64,000 nucleotides of DNA from Callorhinchus milii (taxonomy: Eukaryota): the NCBI RefSeq assembly GCF_018977255.1, contig NW_024704743.1:78804001-78868000 (forward strand). The letters run 5' to 3'. The notes beneath the pieces were generated by a model. The model saw nothing but the letters and a program-made list of their open reading frames with translations, was not told the DNA's origin and made no database searches. The position numbers were made by a program, and so were the translations under genes. Below are positions 48,591-62,200 of this stretch, piece by piece; within the stretch, counting starts at the first letter, position 1; each line of letters starts with the position of its first letter.

Positions 48591-50274
48591 GTAAGGTCCA
48601 CAAACACCTTTACCTTCCAGTCGAGTACATTGTTAGTGGTATTAGAACATGGTGTCCTGTGTCTTAGTGGTTAGAGCACTGGCCTCGCAAGCGAAAGGAT
48701 CTGGGTTTGATTCCCAGGCAGGGCGAATTGTTGGGCTGGTTTCCTTACTCCACAGGCCTCTGTTCACCTAGCAGTAAGTAGTAACCTCCCTCAATTACCT
48801 TTCCTTGCAACTTTTTCCAGTCATTTATTACCCTCTGGATAAAGAACCCGGTCGATTGGCTGATCGCTTTTTCAGGGTTAAGGAAGAACTCTCCTCTTTT
48901 CAAAAGTCTGCATCATTCAAAGGATAATAACTATGGATCACTTTTTAAATTTATTTTGCAGATGCTTTATTACGCTTTATGGCAACTTCTTCTGTAAAAT
49001 AGGCATAATTATATCAGCAATCTGGAAGATATTCTGTATTAGTGATCTGGAATAGTGGAATTATGTTTACAACACAAGGCATTCAGTAGCAAAGTTGGAC
49101 TATGTTTATACCATCTGATCTCTGAGACACTGCTAGTTCCTTCCTTCCATGGCAATGCAAATCCATTTACAACTCAGATCCTTTTATCTGGCAAATTTTG
49201 GATACAGTTCTCATTCCTTCACCTTCACCCCCGACCCCCCCCCCCCCCCCCCACCCCAATTTGTAACTTTCAACAGTGTGGCTCAATTTCCCACATGGGA
49301 CATTGAAACACTTTGCAAAATATTTGGCATCTATTAGATTCCTCGTGTCCAAAGAGGTTCCATTATTTTTTCAAAGAATTCCAAAGAATATATACAAACT
49401 TTCTTAAAAATTGCAGAGTTCCTCTTAAAATTCTATATTTTATATACTTCATTGTTATATCCTCACTACAACACCTGTTAGAGACTCACCAACATACTGT
49501 TCCCAGGTTATGTTTTTGCTTAAACAAAATTGGTGATTATTCTGTGTTCTCCAGTCCTTGGGAACCATACTATTTTCAACGTGCTCCTAAATATGTCTGT
49601 CAAAACATGACGAGTTTCATCAGCCAATAAATATTATTGTGTATAGTTGATCCAGGATTGGTGCCTCATTCCCCTTCAATGCCTTTAGTCTGTCACTCAC
49701 CTCTTTATTCAAAATATCTATAATTTTTAGAATCTCCTCATTTTAACCCTGGAAATTCCACCTCTACTTTGGGAAAGCATCTATGTTATACTCCTTACAT
49801 GTGGGCGCAAATGAAGACCTACTGTTCCATGGTGATTCAATATCATGACTCATTTAGGATCCTCTAAGGAGCTACTGTTTGCTGTGACTGTTTGCAAAAG
49901 CCTTTCATGTTGTTTGATATGTCCTGCAACCTTAATCTCCTTTCCTTGGTTCTTTTGAATATCTTTAAGCTCCCACTTGGTGACATCATCTGCAGACATG
50001 GGGTTCATTTTCACATATTTGCGGATGATGCTTGCTGTATTATGTTTTATTGAAAATTTATTTTCTATTTTAGGTTTCTACTCTGATGCTTATGTCTGTG
50101 TCCTCTAATCTGTAGACATATATGTGAAAAAACTTTTTTTTGTCTTTTTCCCCTTTGTTGCCTTTATTTGTTTCCACTTCACTTCCCTTGTACTGTATAT
50201 CTTGTACTTGCTTTGTATTCTGAGTAATGCAATTTTGAAATAATTATAATAATCCTTGCATTTGATACAGCTCC

Positions 50275-50636
50275 TTATTATAATAATCCTTGCATTTGAT
50301 ATAGCGCCTTATCACATCATTGAGTCGTCACAAAGAGCTTCAAAGAATATACTGCAAAATATACTGACTATATTTTGTGGACAAAACGTGGCAGCCAGCT
50401 GTGCACAGCAGTGTCCCACAAACAGTCATGGATTGAGTGACCAATCTTTTTTTGGAGAGACTATTACCCTCGGAAAGCAATCTGCCAATTGATTCACAAC
50501 CAGGTTCCAATTTACTGCTAGGTAAACGGAGCCCTGTGGTGTAAAGAAACTTGCCTAAGGTTTGCCCTGACCGGGAATCGAAGCTGGGTCCTCTCACTTG
50601 TGAGGCGAGCTCGCTAACCGTAACTCTGTGGGACTC
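50275..50636 (-). mobile_element. tRNA-Ala-like SINE, long subfamily (another partial copy at ~51478-51716; + strand head at ~48660-48790)
   Basis: Colinear with 58684-59048. Confidence 0.75.
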
Positions 50637-52685
50637 TTTTATAATTCATACTACTCCCTTCTAGTTATCTGGTCTGATCTAGCATGCTTAACTTCTTTAT
50701 TACTATCTCAAACTTGGCTTCCTTGAGAACTTATATTGTATCATTTTCTTATCACTAGCCTGACAACCGATTCATGTAGTGCGGCTATCAGCTTGTATTT
50801 AGAAAGGGCTATCTTTGATCCAGGCTTAGTAATTGGCTTTGTTTCCTATTTTCCTTTCAGATGGGGAATACACTATTTAGACACAATCAAAATGTGTGAC
50901 CCAAGAAATAACTAGTTTCTCAGTACGTTGTGAATCCAGTCGTCGCTAGTTTTTGTTCCGGATGAAATTTTTGAAAAAGATGTTGATTTGGATGGTTAAT
51001 TATTGAACCTCAGTGGAATTGTAAATGACTGACCTTGTATTTCATTTGATGTTTCAGCAAATATAAGGTCACTAACTGGTTATGGTATGAGAAAGAGTGA
51101 GATTTGACCTGTTGCGAGAAACAGATTTTAGTATATGCCAGTAGATTTTAAGTCTACCTGAAAATCCTGTTACAAATTGATTTTCATCTTGTATCCCTGG
51201 AAAGGTAACATTTTTCATATTGGGATTTGGTAAGGAAGTTGGGTTTCTTGTTCGTTGGTTGCTTGACCTCTCTCATCTTCCAAAGCATTCTTATTTTTTT
51301 TGGCTTGCGTTACAGGAGATCTTTAATTAAGCCATACCTGTGAGCAGATTCTTACTTGGGATAACTGGTGTATCAGATGCCAGTCTGTTACCAGCTTTTT
51401 TTACTTGGCTTCCTTTCAATTTTCGCTTTCATAAAGCTCAATTTGTGAACTTGGTATACTTTTCAGAATATTAACCAAAGGCTGTGTGCATCCATCCAGA
51501 CCAATGTCATGGATTGAGTGAACAAATTATTATTTATTTTTTTGAAGGGATTATTACCCCCAGAAAAGTGATCTGCCAATCTACTAACAACTGGGTTCCT
51601 ACTTACTGCTAGGTAAACAGAGGCCTGTGGAGTATGGAAACTTATCTAAAGTTTTGCCCTGTCTGCCGGTCCTCTTGCTTGCGAGCGAAAGCTCTTACCA
51701 ATTCGCTATAGGACTCCACAAATATTGAACACACCAGTTGGGCTTGTGAATTCAGATAGTTAGTAACTACTTGAAGGATGTTTACTAATTTATGAATAAG
51801 ATTGGACTTCTTGATCTGCATAATTTAGTTGAAAAAAATGTTGACTGTTAAGTGTTTTATATCCACAGAGGCAAAGTGTCTGTCTTGTGTTGCTCTATTT
51901 GTAATGTACAGCTTTAAGTAAATCTGTACATTGTAAGGTTCAGTTCATTTGTAATGCTGTTTGATATTATTTCTACAGAAATGTGGTTAAAAACAAAATG
52001 GTTTTGATGTGCAATATATATTTTTAAGAATTAGAAATATAGAAAGTGAGCACTTGGAACACTTTAAACTTAGTTTGTCAAACTTTAGATTTTTCTATTT
52101 CAGTATTTAATTTTTTTTGTGATGGTGTGGGGGGAGGTTAGAACGACTTTTAAAACATTACTGTAGATAATTGGGTGCAAAGAATGGCGCACAAGTATAA
52201 ATCCTAGTGAGGGCTATTTGCCCAAAAGGTATGTTTCAAAAGGGACCTTACAGAGGTATGATAGTGCTAAATGGGATAGTGAAGGTATACCCATAACAAT
52301 ACTTTAAGATACACTAAGCCGTAGTGATGCTGTATTGGGAACACACTAGGGCTGGAATTATGAAATGACAGCATCAAATAGGTGGAAAAGCCATCTTTTT
52401 CTGGATTTTTGGGGTCTTAATATTCTGGTATTTTGCCATTACATTGCATACAAACATTTTTTTTCAAAACTGTTCAATGTACTTCAATACTATAAGGTTT
52501 TATATATGTCTCAATGTTCTATAGTCCTGAAAATCACCTGGAAATTTTACACAGGTTAAAAGTAACCCTCTCAGCCCTATATAAAATATGTATAAATTGT
52601 AAAATTTTGACAGTCCAGGCAGATCACAAACACATTGTTGCTACACTCTTTCCTAAGGATATTCTTAGAATTTACTGACAAACAA

Positions 52686-53133
52686 GTTGCAATCTGGGTC
52701 AATAGAAAAGTGTGGAAATATTTGCCCAAACTTGCGGGGCATTTGACAAATTCTGTGGAGGTATTGGGTGGGTTTTGCGGAAAATTGTGGAGGTTTGATT
52801 GGTGCTATTGAGAGACGGAATTTGTGAAACAACCCGGATTAAAACTATAGGCATATTTCCTGAAACATGTAGTTATGTTTAAAATATCAAACATGTTCAT
52901 TTGAATATAAGAGCGCTTACTAAGAATTGGTCGCAGGAGGCCGGGCTCTGGGTGAAGCCGATTTCCTGCTTCTGCCATCCCAATACTCCCTGCCCCGCGC
53001 ATGTGCGACCGGAGCTGCTCTGTCCACATTTACAGTGTCAAGCAAACAGCGCGCAGAGGTCTGTCGCCCAGCACACTGTGTACAGGTTTGCAGCGGAGGG
53101 AGGACGCATTTTTCTATTGACCCGGGCTGCAAC
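52686..53133. mobile_element. Candidate non-autonomous DNA transposon (MITE), ~450 bp
   Basis: Terminal inverted repeats GTTGCAATCTGGGTCAATAGAAAA versus reverse-complement GTTGCAGCCCGGGTCAATAGAAAA (21/24); CpG-richer interior; no clear TSD. Confidence 0.55.
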
Positions 53134-54134
53134 ACATTAATACTACATTAAAAATTGTAGAAAAGCAACATTAAATAATGCCATATTGAAAACAAGTCAA
53201 CTCTCTGGTAGCATTGTTTTAACTTGCTGCTTTCGTGTTGCATTGGTTAAGCGCAATTTAAATTTAAATTTAAAGGAAACCCTACAGTATGATGGATTCA
53301 GCTTGTGACCACATTTGTTGTTTCCCACTTTATAAACAATTCTGGTTCAAAAAATAAACTACTCAGAGGTCAAAAATTCTATGGATCAAGTAGGATGACT
53401 AAAAACTGTGCCATTGACAATGCAATCTGAAGATCGTAGGACACTGAAGCCATTTAAGAAAGAATTTGATGCCCTAATGGGGATAAATTTATAAAACATG
53501 AGGGAGATAGAGGGTGGAGGCAGGGAGATTGAGTTGGGTGTCATCTGTGTACATGTGGAATGAACTCCATGTTTGTGGATGATGTCATGAAGTGGGAGTA
53601 CATACGCAAAGCAAGGATAGAGCTCTGAGGAATGCCACACTTGTCTGTGTGGGTTGTGTGCGGGGAGGAAAAGTTGTTTGATGTGACAAAGTGGAGATAC
53701 TGATATAGGGAGGAATGAAACTAAGATAGGATAGAATTGTGAAGATAGAGGTAGAGAAGGAAGGAGTGGTCGACAGTCTTGAAGGTTCTGGAGAGTTAAG
53801 GAAAACAGAGAAGGCAGAGAAAGTCCTGGTCACAGATGGAACAAACGTTGTTTGTGACTGACCAATGCAGTCTCAGTGCTGTGGACTGGGCGGAAGCTGA
53901 ATTGGACAGCTCATGCGGGGAGTGCAGGGAAAGAAAAGAGTGAAGCTGGGAGGCAATGACTCTTTCCTGCACTTTTGGAGAGGAAAGCTAGGTTAGATGT
54001 GGGTCAGTAACTTGAGAGCACAGAGGGGTTGAGGGAGGGCTTTTTGAAAAGGAGGGTGATGACAGCGATTTTGAATGGGAAGGAACTGCATCAGTGGAGA
54101 AGGAGAGATTGAAGATATCTGCGAGAAAGGAGAA

Positions 54135-55272
54135 AGAATCATAGAATCGTACAGCACAAAAAGAGGCCATTCGGCCCATCGAGTCTGTACTGGCTCTTTG
54201 AAAAGAGCAATGCAATGTCAATCCCACTCCCCAGCTCTTTCCCCATAACCCTGCAAACCCGTCCTCCTCAAATACCCATCCACCGTGTTTTTAAAAATTG
54301 TTTTCGAATCTGCGTCCACCACCCTTTCAGGCAATGCATTCCAGATTCGAACAACTTGTGTGAAAACATTTCTTCTCACCTCCCCTTTGCTTCTTTTAGA
54401 TACTATTTTAAATCTGTGACCTCGAGTCACCGACAGACCCACCAGTGGAAACAGTTTTTTCCTTTCAAACCTATCAATTCCCCTCATGATTTTGAAGACC
54501 TCCATTAGGTCTCCTCGTAACCTTCTCTGCTCCAATGAGAATAATCTCAGCCTCTCCAGCCTTTCCTCATAATCAAGGTCCCTCATTCCTGGTACCATCC
54601 TCGTAAATCTCCTCTGCACCCTTTCCAATGCCTTAACATCCTTCCTATAGTGTGGTGCCCAGAACTGGGCGCAGTATTCTAACTGAGGCCTAACCAGTGT
54701 TTTATATAGGTTAATCATAACCTCCTGACTCTTGTACTCTATGCCCCTATTTATAAAGCCTAGTATCCCATATGCCCTTTTTACAACTTTATCTACCTGT
54801 CCTGCCACCTTCAAGGATTCATTTACCTGAACCCCCAGGTCTCTCTGTTCCCTCACCTCCCTTAAGATAGTATTATTTAGCCTATATTGCCTCCCTTCAT
54901 TCTTTCTACCAAAATGCATTACCTCACATTTCTCCACATCGAAATTCACCTGCCATGTGTCTGCCCATTTTTCCATTCTGTCTATGTCTTCCTGCAGTTG
55001 GTTACTATCCTTCTCACTGTTTACTATCCTACCTAACTTTGTGTCATCCGCAAACTTGGAAATGGTACTTGCTATACCCAAGTCCAGATCATATATAAGA
55101 TCTATATAAAGAAGAGCAGTGGTCCCAATACTGATCCCTGTGGTACACCACTGTACACTTCCCTCCAGTCAGAAAAGCAGCCGTTCACCACAGCTCTGCT
55201 TTCTGTGTCCCAGCCAGTTCTGGATCCACGCTGCCACTGTCCCTTCTATACCATGGGCTTCTATCTTTCTTA
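54135..55272 (-). mobile_element. Young CR1 LINE 3' fragment (open 287-aa RT C-terminal frame at 54218-55081) inserted into an older L2 (~53500-55560)
   Basis: [60 protein letters not shown]; (ATTCTATG)-type tail at ~54135-54148. Confidence 0.93.
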
Positions 55273-57239
55273 CAAGAAGTGGCAGTTGGTTTGTCAGGAG
55301 AGCGGTGGGGATGGGGTCAAGGGAGCAGGTGATGGATTTCAAACAAGAGATGAAGGAGGAGAGGGATGGAGCAGAGGCGAGGTCAAAGGTGCGGAGAGAG
55401 GGTGTGGGACCCAAGAAAGCACATTATCTCCTCACATTTGGAATTCGAGGTGAGGTTGAATGGGCCATATGGGAAGTTGGGCAAAGGAGGTGAATTGTGC
55501 TGGAGAAAGGCAGCTTTGGGATATCCTTGGCCTCCTGGATGATCTTGGAGTAAAGTGATACAATGATTCCTCAACTTGCCTATATACTTGAAACCCTCAT
55601 ATTTATGAAAGATTATTGGGGTTTTAGGCATATTATGCAGAATAGCATCATGGCACCTTATCTACTTCTGGAAAATTACTTTAACGCCTTGGTTAGTTTT
55701 CTCTCTTCTCAGGGTATAATCATTTATTCTGATCCTACATGTTAATTGCTGCTATCATTAAGAATTTAATGGTTCACAATTTTTAAAATATCAGTTAACA
55801 GCAGACCTGTGCAAGGACTTTTTAACCATAGGTTTGGATTATGCCACCTTAATTTTCTGAGGGATAATTCAAACTTGAAAATATTGCCTAATAAAAACAA
55901 ATGTTCAATAAGAATAAAACAGTACTTTTATTGCTATATTTCACTCAATTTAATGAATCTTATTTTTATAACATTTTATTCTTCCACTGTTCAAATTCAT
56001 CATTGACCTACTTCTGTCTTTTTTTCCTGATTTTTTTCACTTGATTTATTGAGATATATTTTCTTCACAGTATTCCTAACAAGTATGTATGTAAATATAA
56101 AAATAGATATATAAATACAAAATGGTTTGGGGCACATGCACCCAATAAATTGCGTTGCCTGACATCTATAATTTATATATTGTACAATACATATATGATG
56201 ATACATAAATACAAATATTTTGTTGAAGACCTGGGTCAAATATTCTATCACAAGAAAATAATCAGTTGACACTTTTGGACAAAGTGCTTTACAGACCTGA
56301 GGGGACAAAAACTATTTTGACCACTTTTTTAAAAAAATTGGAGAAATCTCTCAAACTTGCATGGCAGGTGAACATATTTTTTTAAAAGCAAATGTGTTAG
56401 CATTTTAAAATGGCACACAGAATGATGGAAGTAACTGTCTCTCAGATCAAATTATTTGGATTCATTAAATAAATTATTAAAAATATAGATTTAAATCGGC
56501 AAAGCAGAAACCCGAGCCTGTATTTAATTTAAAAAAAGTGTGAAAAATGCTATATTCAAGTGTTGTTATTATTGCCCATATGATTTTCCTTTTCTACTTT
56601 TGTACTTTTACAAATTTTAAATTTTCAAGCTCCTGGGAGTTTGTAGTATTTTCTTCTACCAAGTTTTCTCCCAAGTTTTCTGCATTCCTTCTATGTGTCT
56701 TAATTTTTTCAATGCTGAATTCCATTTGTGTCACCAAAGATGAACTATTTAAATTCAAGAATATATTGATTTGATTATATTTTAACTAAAGAAGTTTCAG
56801 TATAAAGTTGAAACTTTCCTAATGTTTTCCTGAGTGTGGGAGTGGTAGGCTTTTGGCTGGCTGTTGCATTCTTCTTCGAAGAATCAATCCTGGAGGCTGG
56901 CCATATATTCTCATGTAGTTGCCAAACCTTCTAAATTACTGTCATTTCCAAGAAAAAAAAGCACTTCTTGAACTAACTATGGGCTTCCCTTCTAAATGTG
57001 TGTTAATGAGTTGGGTATTCATTGAACTCAGACCCGGACTTATTATTCTGTGTCGTGCAGGAAAATAAGGTATGATTTTCACTTTTAGCCTGTTTATGTA
57101 ATTTTACCTAACTTCTGGGAAAGCAATCAAGTGTGTTTGACCAGCATTGTTTTTTTCAATGCAACAGATTGCTTAAAAGAGGATGTAGCATCTGCTTATG
57201 TTGTGCAATGTGTGGAACTTGAACTCACGCAGTCTATGT

Positions 57240-57585
57240 TGACACTCCAGTGCAGTATTGGCAGTGTGTTGCATTATTGGAGGTGCCATACTTCGGATGA
57301 GGTGTTAAACTGAGGTCCAATCTGCATGTCTAAGTGGACCAAAGATCCTATGGCATTATTTAAAAGAGAAGGGAGTTTCTCCTGGTGCCCTGGCCAACAA
57401 TTTCTTCCCCCCCCCCACAAAAACACATTAATTTGATGGCTGTTTGTGGGACTTTGCTGTGCGCATTTGGTCGATCACGTTTGCCTACAAATACACAGTC
57501 ACTCCATTCCACAGGAGATCCCGAGAAGTGCTTTGAAATGTGATAAAGAGCTATACCAACTATTCCAAATGCAAGGATTATTAAT
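57240..57585 (+). mobile_element. Deu-domain SINE, 5'-truncated
   Basis: ggaggtgccatacttcggatgaggtgttaaactgagg core; tail ending gcaaggattattaat. Confidence 0.7.
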
Positions 57586-58683
57586 AGATTGATTCCCATG
57601 TATGTTACAATTATTTTTATTTAGCAAGATGAGAATACTAAGCTATATTTTTATCGGCACCAAGGATTCCCCCTGTGTTACACTTGTAGGCCTGTGGAAA
57701 GAGGAATACTAACTTGTAACTGCCTTTTGTGCTGGTGGGGTGGGGGGAGAGCAGTGAATATAGTAGCTGCTTACATTATGTGACCATTGGCCACAAACTG
57801 AGTGCCAATTAAGTTCCAATTACCTTTATTGTACACCTTGGGATCTGAGGGAGGAGAGTAGAGATGACTGAAAGCGTCTGAAGGCTAAGAAGTATTATTA
57901 TTGTAAGTCAGAATATTCAGCTAAATTTTTAGCATTAGCACAAGTGTTCCTGTGTTACATTGTGGGCCTGTGGAAATGGGAACATTTAACATACTCCAGT
58001 CGAGTCCGTAAATGTTATACTCTGTCGGACCGGACAAAATTATAGCATTATACGTACTATAGCAATAGAAGAACCTCTGAACACTTGAAACACTTCCAGA
58101 CTGTTCTGAAGGCATTTGCAATTTCAAGGATAAGATTTTCCCCCCCCACCAGAATATCCCAATTTCCCACAGCTGCAGTTGAACTAGCTAAAGCTGCATA
58201 GCTCGTCATTGAAAGCACTGTCTGGCAAGCATCTCACTGCTTGTCCAGCTCAGACCATCCTACTCGATGCTTTTGCTTGCAGAGTTAACAGTGGAATGAT
58301 CCTTAACCTCAGTATGCCCCTTGACAGTCTCCATTGGCTCCTTATTATAGAACAGATTGATCACTTCAATTCCTAGCACCTCCCTACCTCTCCGACTGGC
58401 GCACACCCCACTCCTCTACCGACCTCCTTTACTTTGCTGGCTCCTCCCCTCTGTTCCACTTTTGGCAGCTATGCTTTTAGCCATTCAAAATGGCTAACTC
58501 TGGAAACTCTGCAAACTCTGGAATTCTCTGCCTTAATCCCTCTACGTTACCCCTCCTCGCCTGTCTTCAGATTGCTGCTGAAAACCTTCCTCTTCGATTG
58601 TGCCCATGGTTATCTACCCCTTTCCCTGGCTCCGCCACTGTTAAGCACTCTAAGACACTACTCTGCGTGAAGTACCCACTACA

Positions 58684-59048
58684 AATAATAATAATCCTTG
58701 CATTAGATATTGTGCTTTATCACGTCTTCGAGATGTCTCAAAGCGCTTCACAGAATATACTGTAAATTGACTATATTTTGTGGGCAAAACGCAGCAGCCA
58801 ATTGCGCACAGCAGTGTCCCACAAACAGTTGGGGATTAAAGCGACCAATTTATTTTGATTTTTTTGAAGGAATTATTACCCCCGGAAAAGTGATCCGACA
58901 ATTGACTAAGACCCGGGTTCCTACTTACTCCTAGGTAAACAGAGGCATGTGGAGTAAGGAAACTTACCCAACATTTCGCCCGGCTGGAAATAGAACCCAG
59001 GCCTCTTGCTTGCGAGGCGAGTGCTCTAACCACTGAGCTACAGGACTC
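58684..59048 (-). mobile_element. tRNA-Ala-like SINE, long subfamily, full length
   Basis: GGAGTCCTGTAGCTCAGTGGTTAGAGCAC head, CORE-like middle, L2-like tail plus (TTA)n. Confidence 0.88.
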
Positions 59049-59558
59049 CACAACGTGGAAGTCGTTGCTGTTCTTGTTGCCCCTCCAAGTCTTGTTGATG
59101 ATCCAGGCTGGCTGGTCTGTTATCAGCAGTGCCCTCTCGTCCTGTGGATCTACCTGGCATGGGACCGGGATTACAGGGATTGCCACAGAGGGTTGACTGT
59201 GTTCCAACATTCCATTGCCAAGCAAGTCACCTTGGAGTCGGTCAGCTCAGCTCCAAGGAGGCCCGCTTACCTTTCACTCTGCTTACCCCTCCCCCCAACC
59301 CAAGGATATTGCATTTAATATAGCACCTTTACAATGTTGACTTAACTTTTCAAACGTTTCCTAGGATTTTATTTAGTGCAATGACTTGCATTTATATGTT
59401 AGCCTGGCTCAGTTAGTAGCACTCTGAGCCAAGTTGTCAGAGGTGCCGTTTTTTGGTTGACACGTTAAAGTGAAGTTCATTCAGGACATTAAAGATCCAA
59501 TGGCACTATTTGTGGAAAAAAGGGAGTTTCTCCAAGTGTCTTGGGCAGCAAACCCCCA

Positions 59559-59927
59559 TATAATAATAATCCTTGCATTTGATATGACGCCTTATCAGGT
59601 TTTCGAGATGTCTCAAAGCGCTTCACAAAATATACTGTGAAGTGAATTGACTGTATAAACGGTGGTTGAAACACGGCACCCAATTGTGCACCTCCGTGTC
59701 CCTTAAACAGTGGCGGATTGAGTGACCAATTGTTAATTTTTTGTGAAAGAATTATTACCCCCTGAAAAGCAATCCGCCAATTGACTAACAACTGGGTTCC
59801 TACTTACTGCTAGGTGAACAGATGTGTGTGTAGTAAGGAAACTTGCCCAATGTTTTGCCCTGCCAGGAATCAAACCCAGGTCTCTCGCTTGCGAGGCGAG
59901 CTCTAGACCACTGAGCTACAGGACTCC
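59559..59927 (-). mobile_element. tRNA-Ala-like SINE, long subfamily, nested in a + strand Deu SINE (~59400-60185)
   Basis: Same structure as 58684-59048; Deu core before 59555 and Deu/L2 tail after 59940. Confidence 0.85.
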
Positions 59928-60504
59928 AATCTAAAATTGATCATAACTTCATGGCTGTTTGTGGGACATAACTGTGCAACAATTGGTTCCTGTGTTTGCC
60001 TACAGAATTCAGTCACTCCACTTTACAGTAAAGTACAGATGATGAGGAAACATTTATTACAATAAATTACATTTATTATAGTAAATTACATCTATTACAA
60101 TAAAGTGTAGTGAAGCACTGAGGTTGGCAGCACAGTCCTTTCATATTCCTGATATGAAAGGTGCTATATTAAATGCAAGAATTGGTATTAGTTTTGACAA
60201 ATGCTAATAATATTTAAAATGCTAATAATTAAAGTGCTAATGATAAAATTAAGCTGAGTATTTTTATTTTGCTCATTAAAAATAGTTGGAAAGTAATCGG
60301 CACCCAATTTGGGGCTGTTACTTAAATTTCTGGAGTTTGACAGATTTTAGACTAATATAATGAAAGAATCTTATTGCCGGTCGGATGGACCAACCTCCTG
60401 TCTGAAATTGTTACTACATGTACATTACATTCCCACACAAAAATACAGTCAGTCTACATTACAGTATATCCTGTAAAGCGCTTTGAGACGTCTTGATGAT
60501 GTGA

Positions 60505-61000
60505 CGACAACTTGCATTTATATTGCGCTCTTCACGCGGGCAGCGTCTCGGAGCTTAAGAATGGTGGAGCCTGACACTGAGCCGGAGGGAGGAGGTCACT
60601 GGAAGCATGGTCGAAGAGGAAGGTCTTCAGTGATGATCTAAAAGAGGGGAAGGACCGTTAAAGCGGAGGGATGAGGGAGAGAGTTCCAAAGCTTCAGGCC
60701 CAGTGGCTGAAAGTGTGGCTGCCGGTGGTGGAGCAGAAGGTATGAGGGGCAAGCAGTAGGCCAGAGCCAGACGAGTGGAGCCAGTGGGTAGTCGTGAGGC
60801 AGGAGGTCAGAAAGTTATGTAGGTGTCAGGGCATGAAGGGATATGTAAACGCGTGAGAGAATCTGAAATCAATTCGTTCTGTGATAGGGAGCTAGTGGAG
60901 CCTGGCGAGGACTGGTGTGATAGGGGTACTGAGTTTAGTTTGGGTGAGAATACGGGTGGCGGAGTTCTGAATTAGTTGTAGTTTGTGGAGAGTGGAGCTG
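60505..61000 (-). mobile_element. L2 LINE 3' fragment inserted in a SINE tail
   Basis: acaacttgcatttatattgcgc tail and L2 3' body; the SINE tail resumes at ~61015. Confidence 0.7.
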
Positions 61001-61559
61001 AGGTGCTATGCGCAATAAGGCGTTGAATCAAAATGCAAGGATTATTATAAGGTTTTTTTACTATAAATAACAGATTGGATATAACATTTTAAATATATAT
61101 AACAAATATGATGGAAGAGAATAAGCCATTGAAGATGGATTTGTTTGGCACTTATTTTCTGCCCGAAGTATTTTGTAGTGTCCTTTGGTCATTAGTTGTA
61201 TCTGGTTTACAACCTTGTGGAATGCAGAGTTGATTATTTGTTTCCTTGTAATCTATATGCTGCATTGCAGATTCAATTCTTTGAATTCAAAAGGATAAAA
61301 TCTCAATATGTATAAATTAAGATTTTGTATCAATGTTTTCATTCTAGTCCGAGTTCCTTCCAGGCTGAGCGAGCGCGGAAACATTCTGCTACATTAATAT
61401 TTGGTGAGCTGATATCAACAGTAAAAGTTCAAAAAAATATAGTGGAACCTCAATTAATGCAGATTTAATTAACCATGTGGGCTTCTTCTCAGTTATTTCA
61501 CATCAACGGGCTTCTGTTTTATATTTTTGGAATCTGATAGTTTTGTTTTACCGCCCAGC

Positions 61560-62200
61560 CCACACTACTAAGGCGGCCCTGGTCAAAGTCACGGATGATG
61601 TTCTCCCCCTCTGCGACCAGGGCTCTCTGCTTTTTCTCCTCAATCTCTCTCAGTTAATTCAACACTGTTGACCACTCTATCTTTCTCCAGAGCTGACGAC
61701 CACTCTTCTTCTCTATCTCAGTCCTCTTTTCACTATCTATATGTTCCACTCTGCGATGCGGTCCATGTGTCAACTTCCACATATTTGCGGGTGACACCAT
61801 ATTCTACTGCTGTCTTTGGTCTCGATTCCAAGACTACTGCTGTTCTGACTGATTGTCTATCAGACATCAAGGCCTGGATGAACTCTCTTCAGTTGAACAT
61901 CGACAAGGCAGAGGTTCTCCTGCTTGGCTCCCATCTTCTTGCCTCAGATGCTGACAGCATTAATCTGCATGGATGTACATTCCATCCTACAGACCCTAAG
62001 TGTCTTATTTTAGTCCCAACTGTCCTTTAAACTCCACACATGTGCTCTGACAGGCTCAGGTTTTCCCAACGTCTGAAACAGTGCCCACCTCTGCCACGAC
62101 CTCTCCCCTCAGGTCGCTGAGATCCTTCAATACATTTATCAAATCCAGGCTTTACTAAGCCAATACTCTGCTCGCTAGATTCCCCAACTCTTCCGACACG
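61560..62200 (+). mobile_element. Decayed L2 RT fragment
   Basis: T.AALVKVTDD, LTDCLSDIKAWM..LQLNIDK.E.LLLG. Confidence 0.75.

Noticed and set aside
50861..50899. Coding exon starting ttcag|ATGGGGAATACA
   Set aside because: Frame stops after 12 codons and there is no convincing donor nearby.
54218..55081. Longest ORF (287 aa) as a host gene
   Set aside because: It is the C-terminal part of CR1 ORF2 in a 5'-truncated copy with a CR1 tail.
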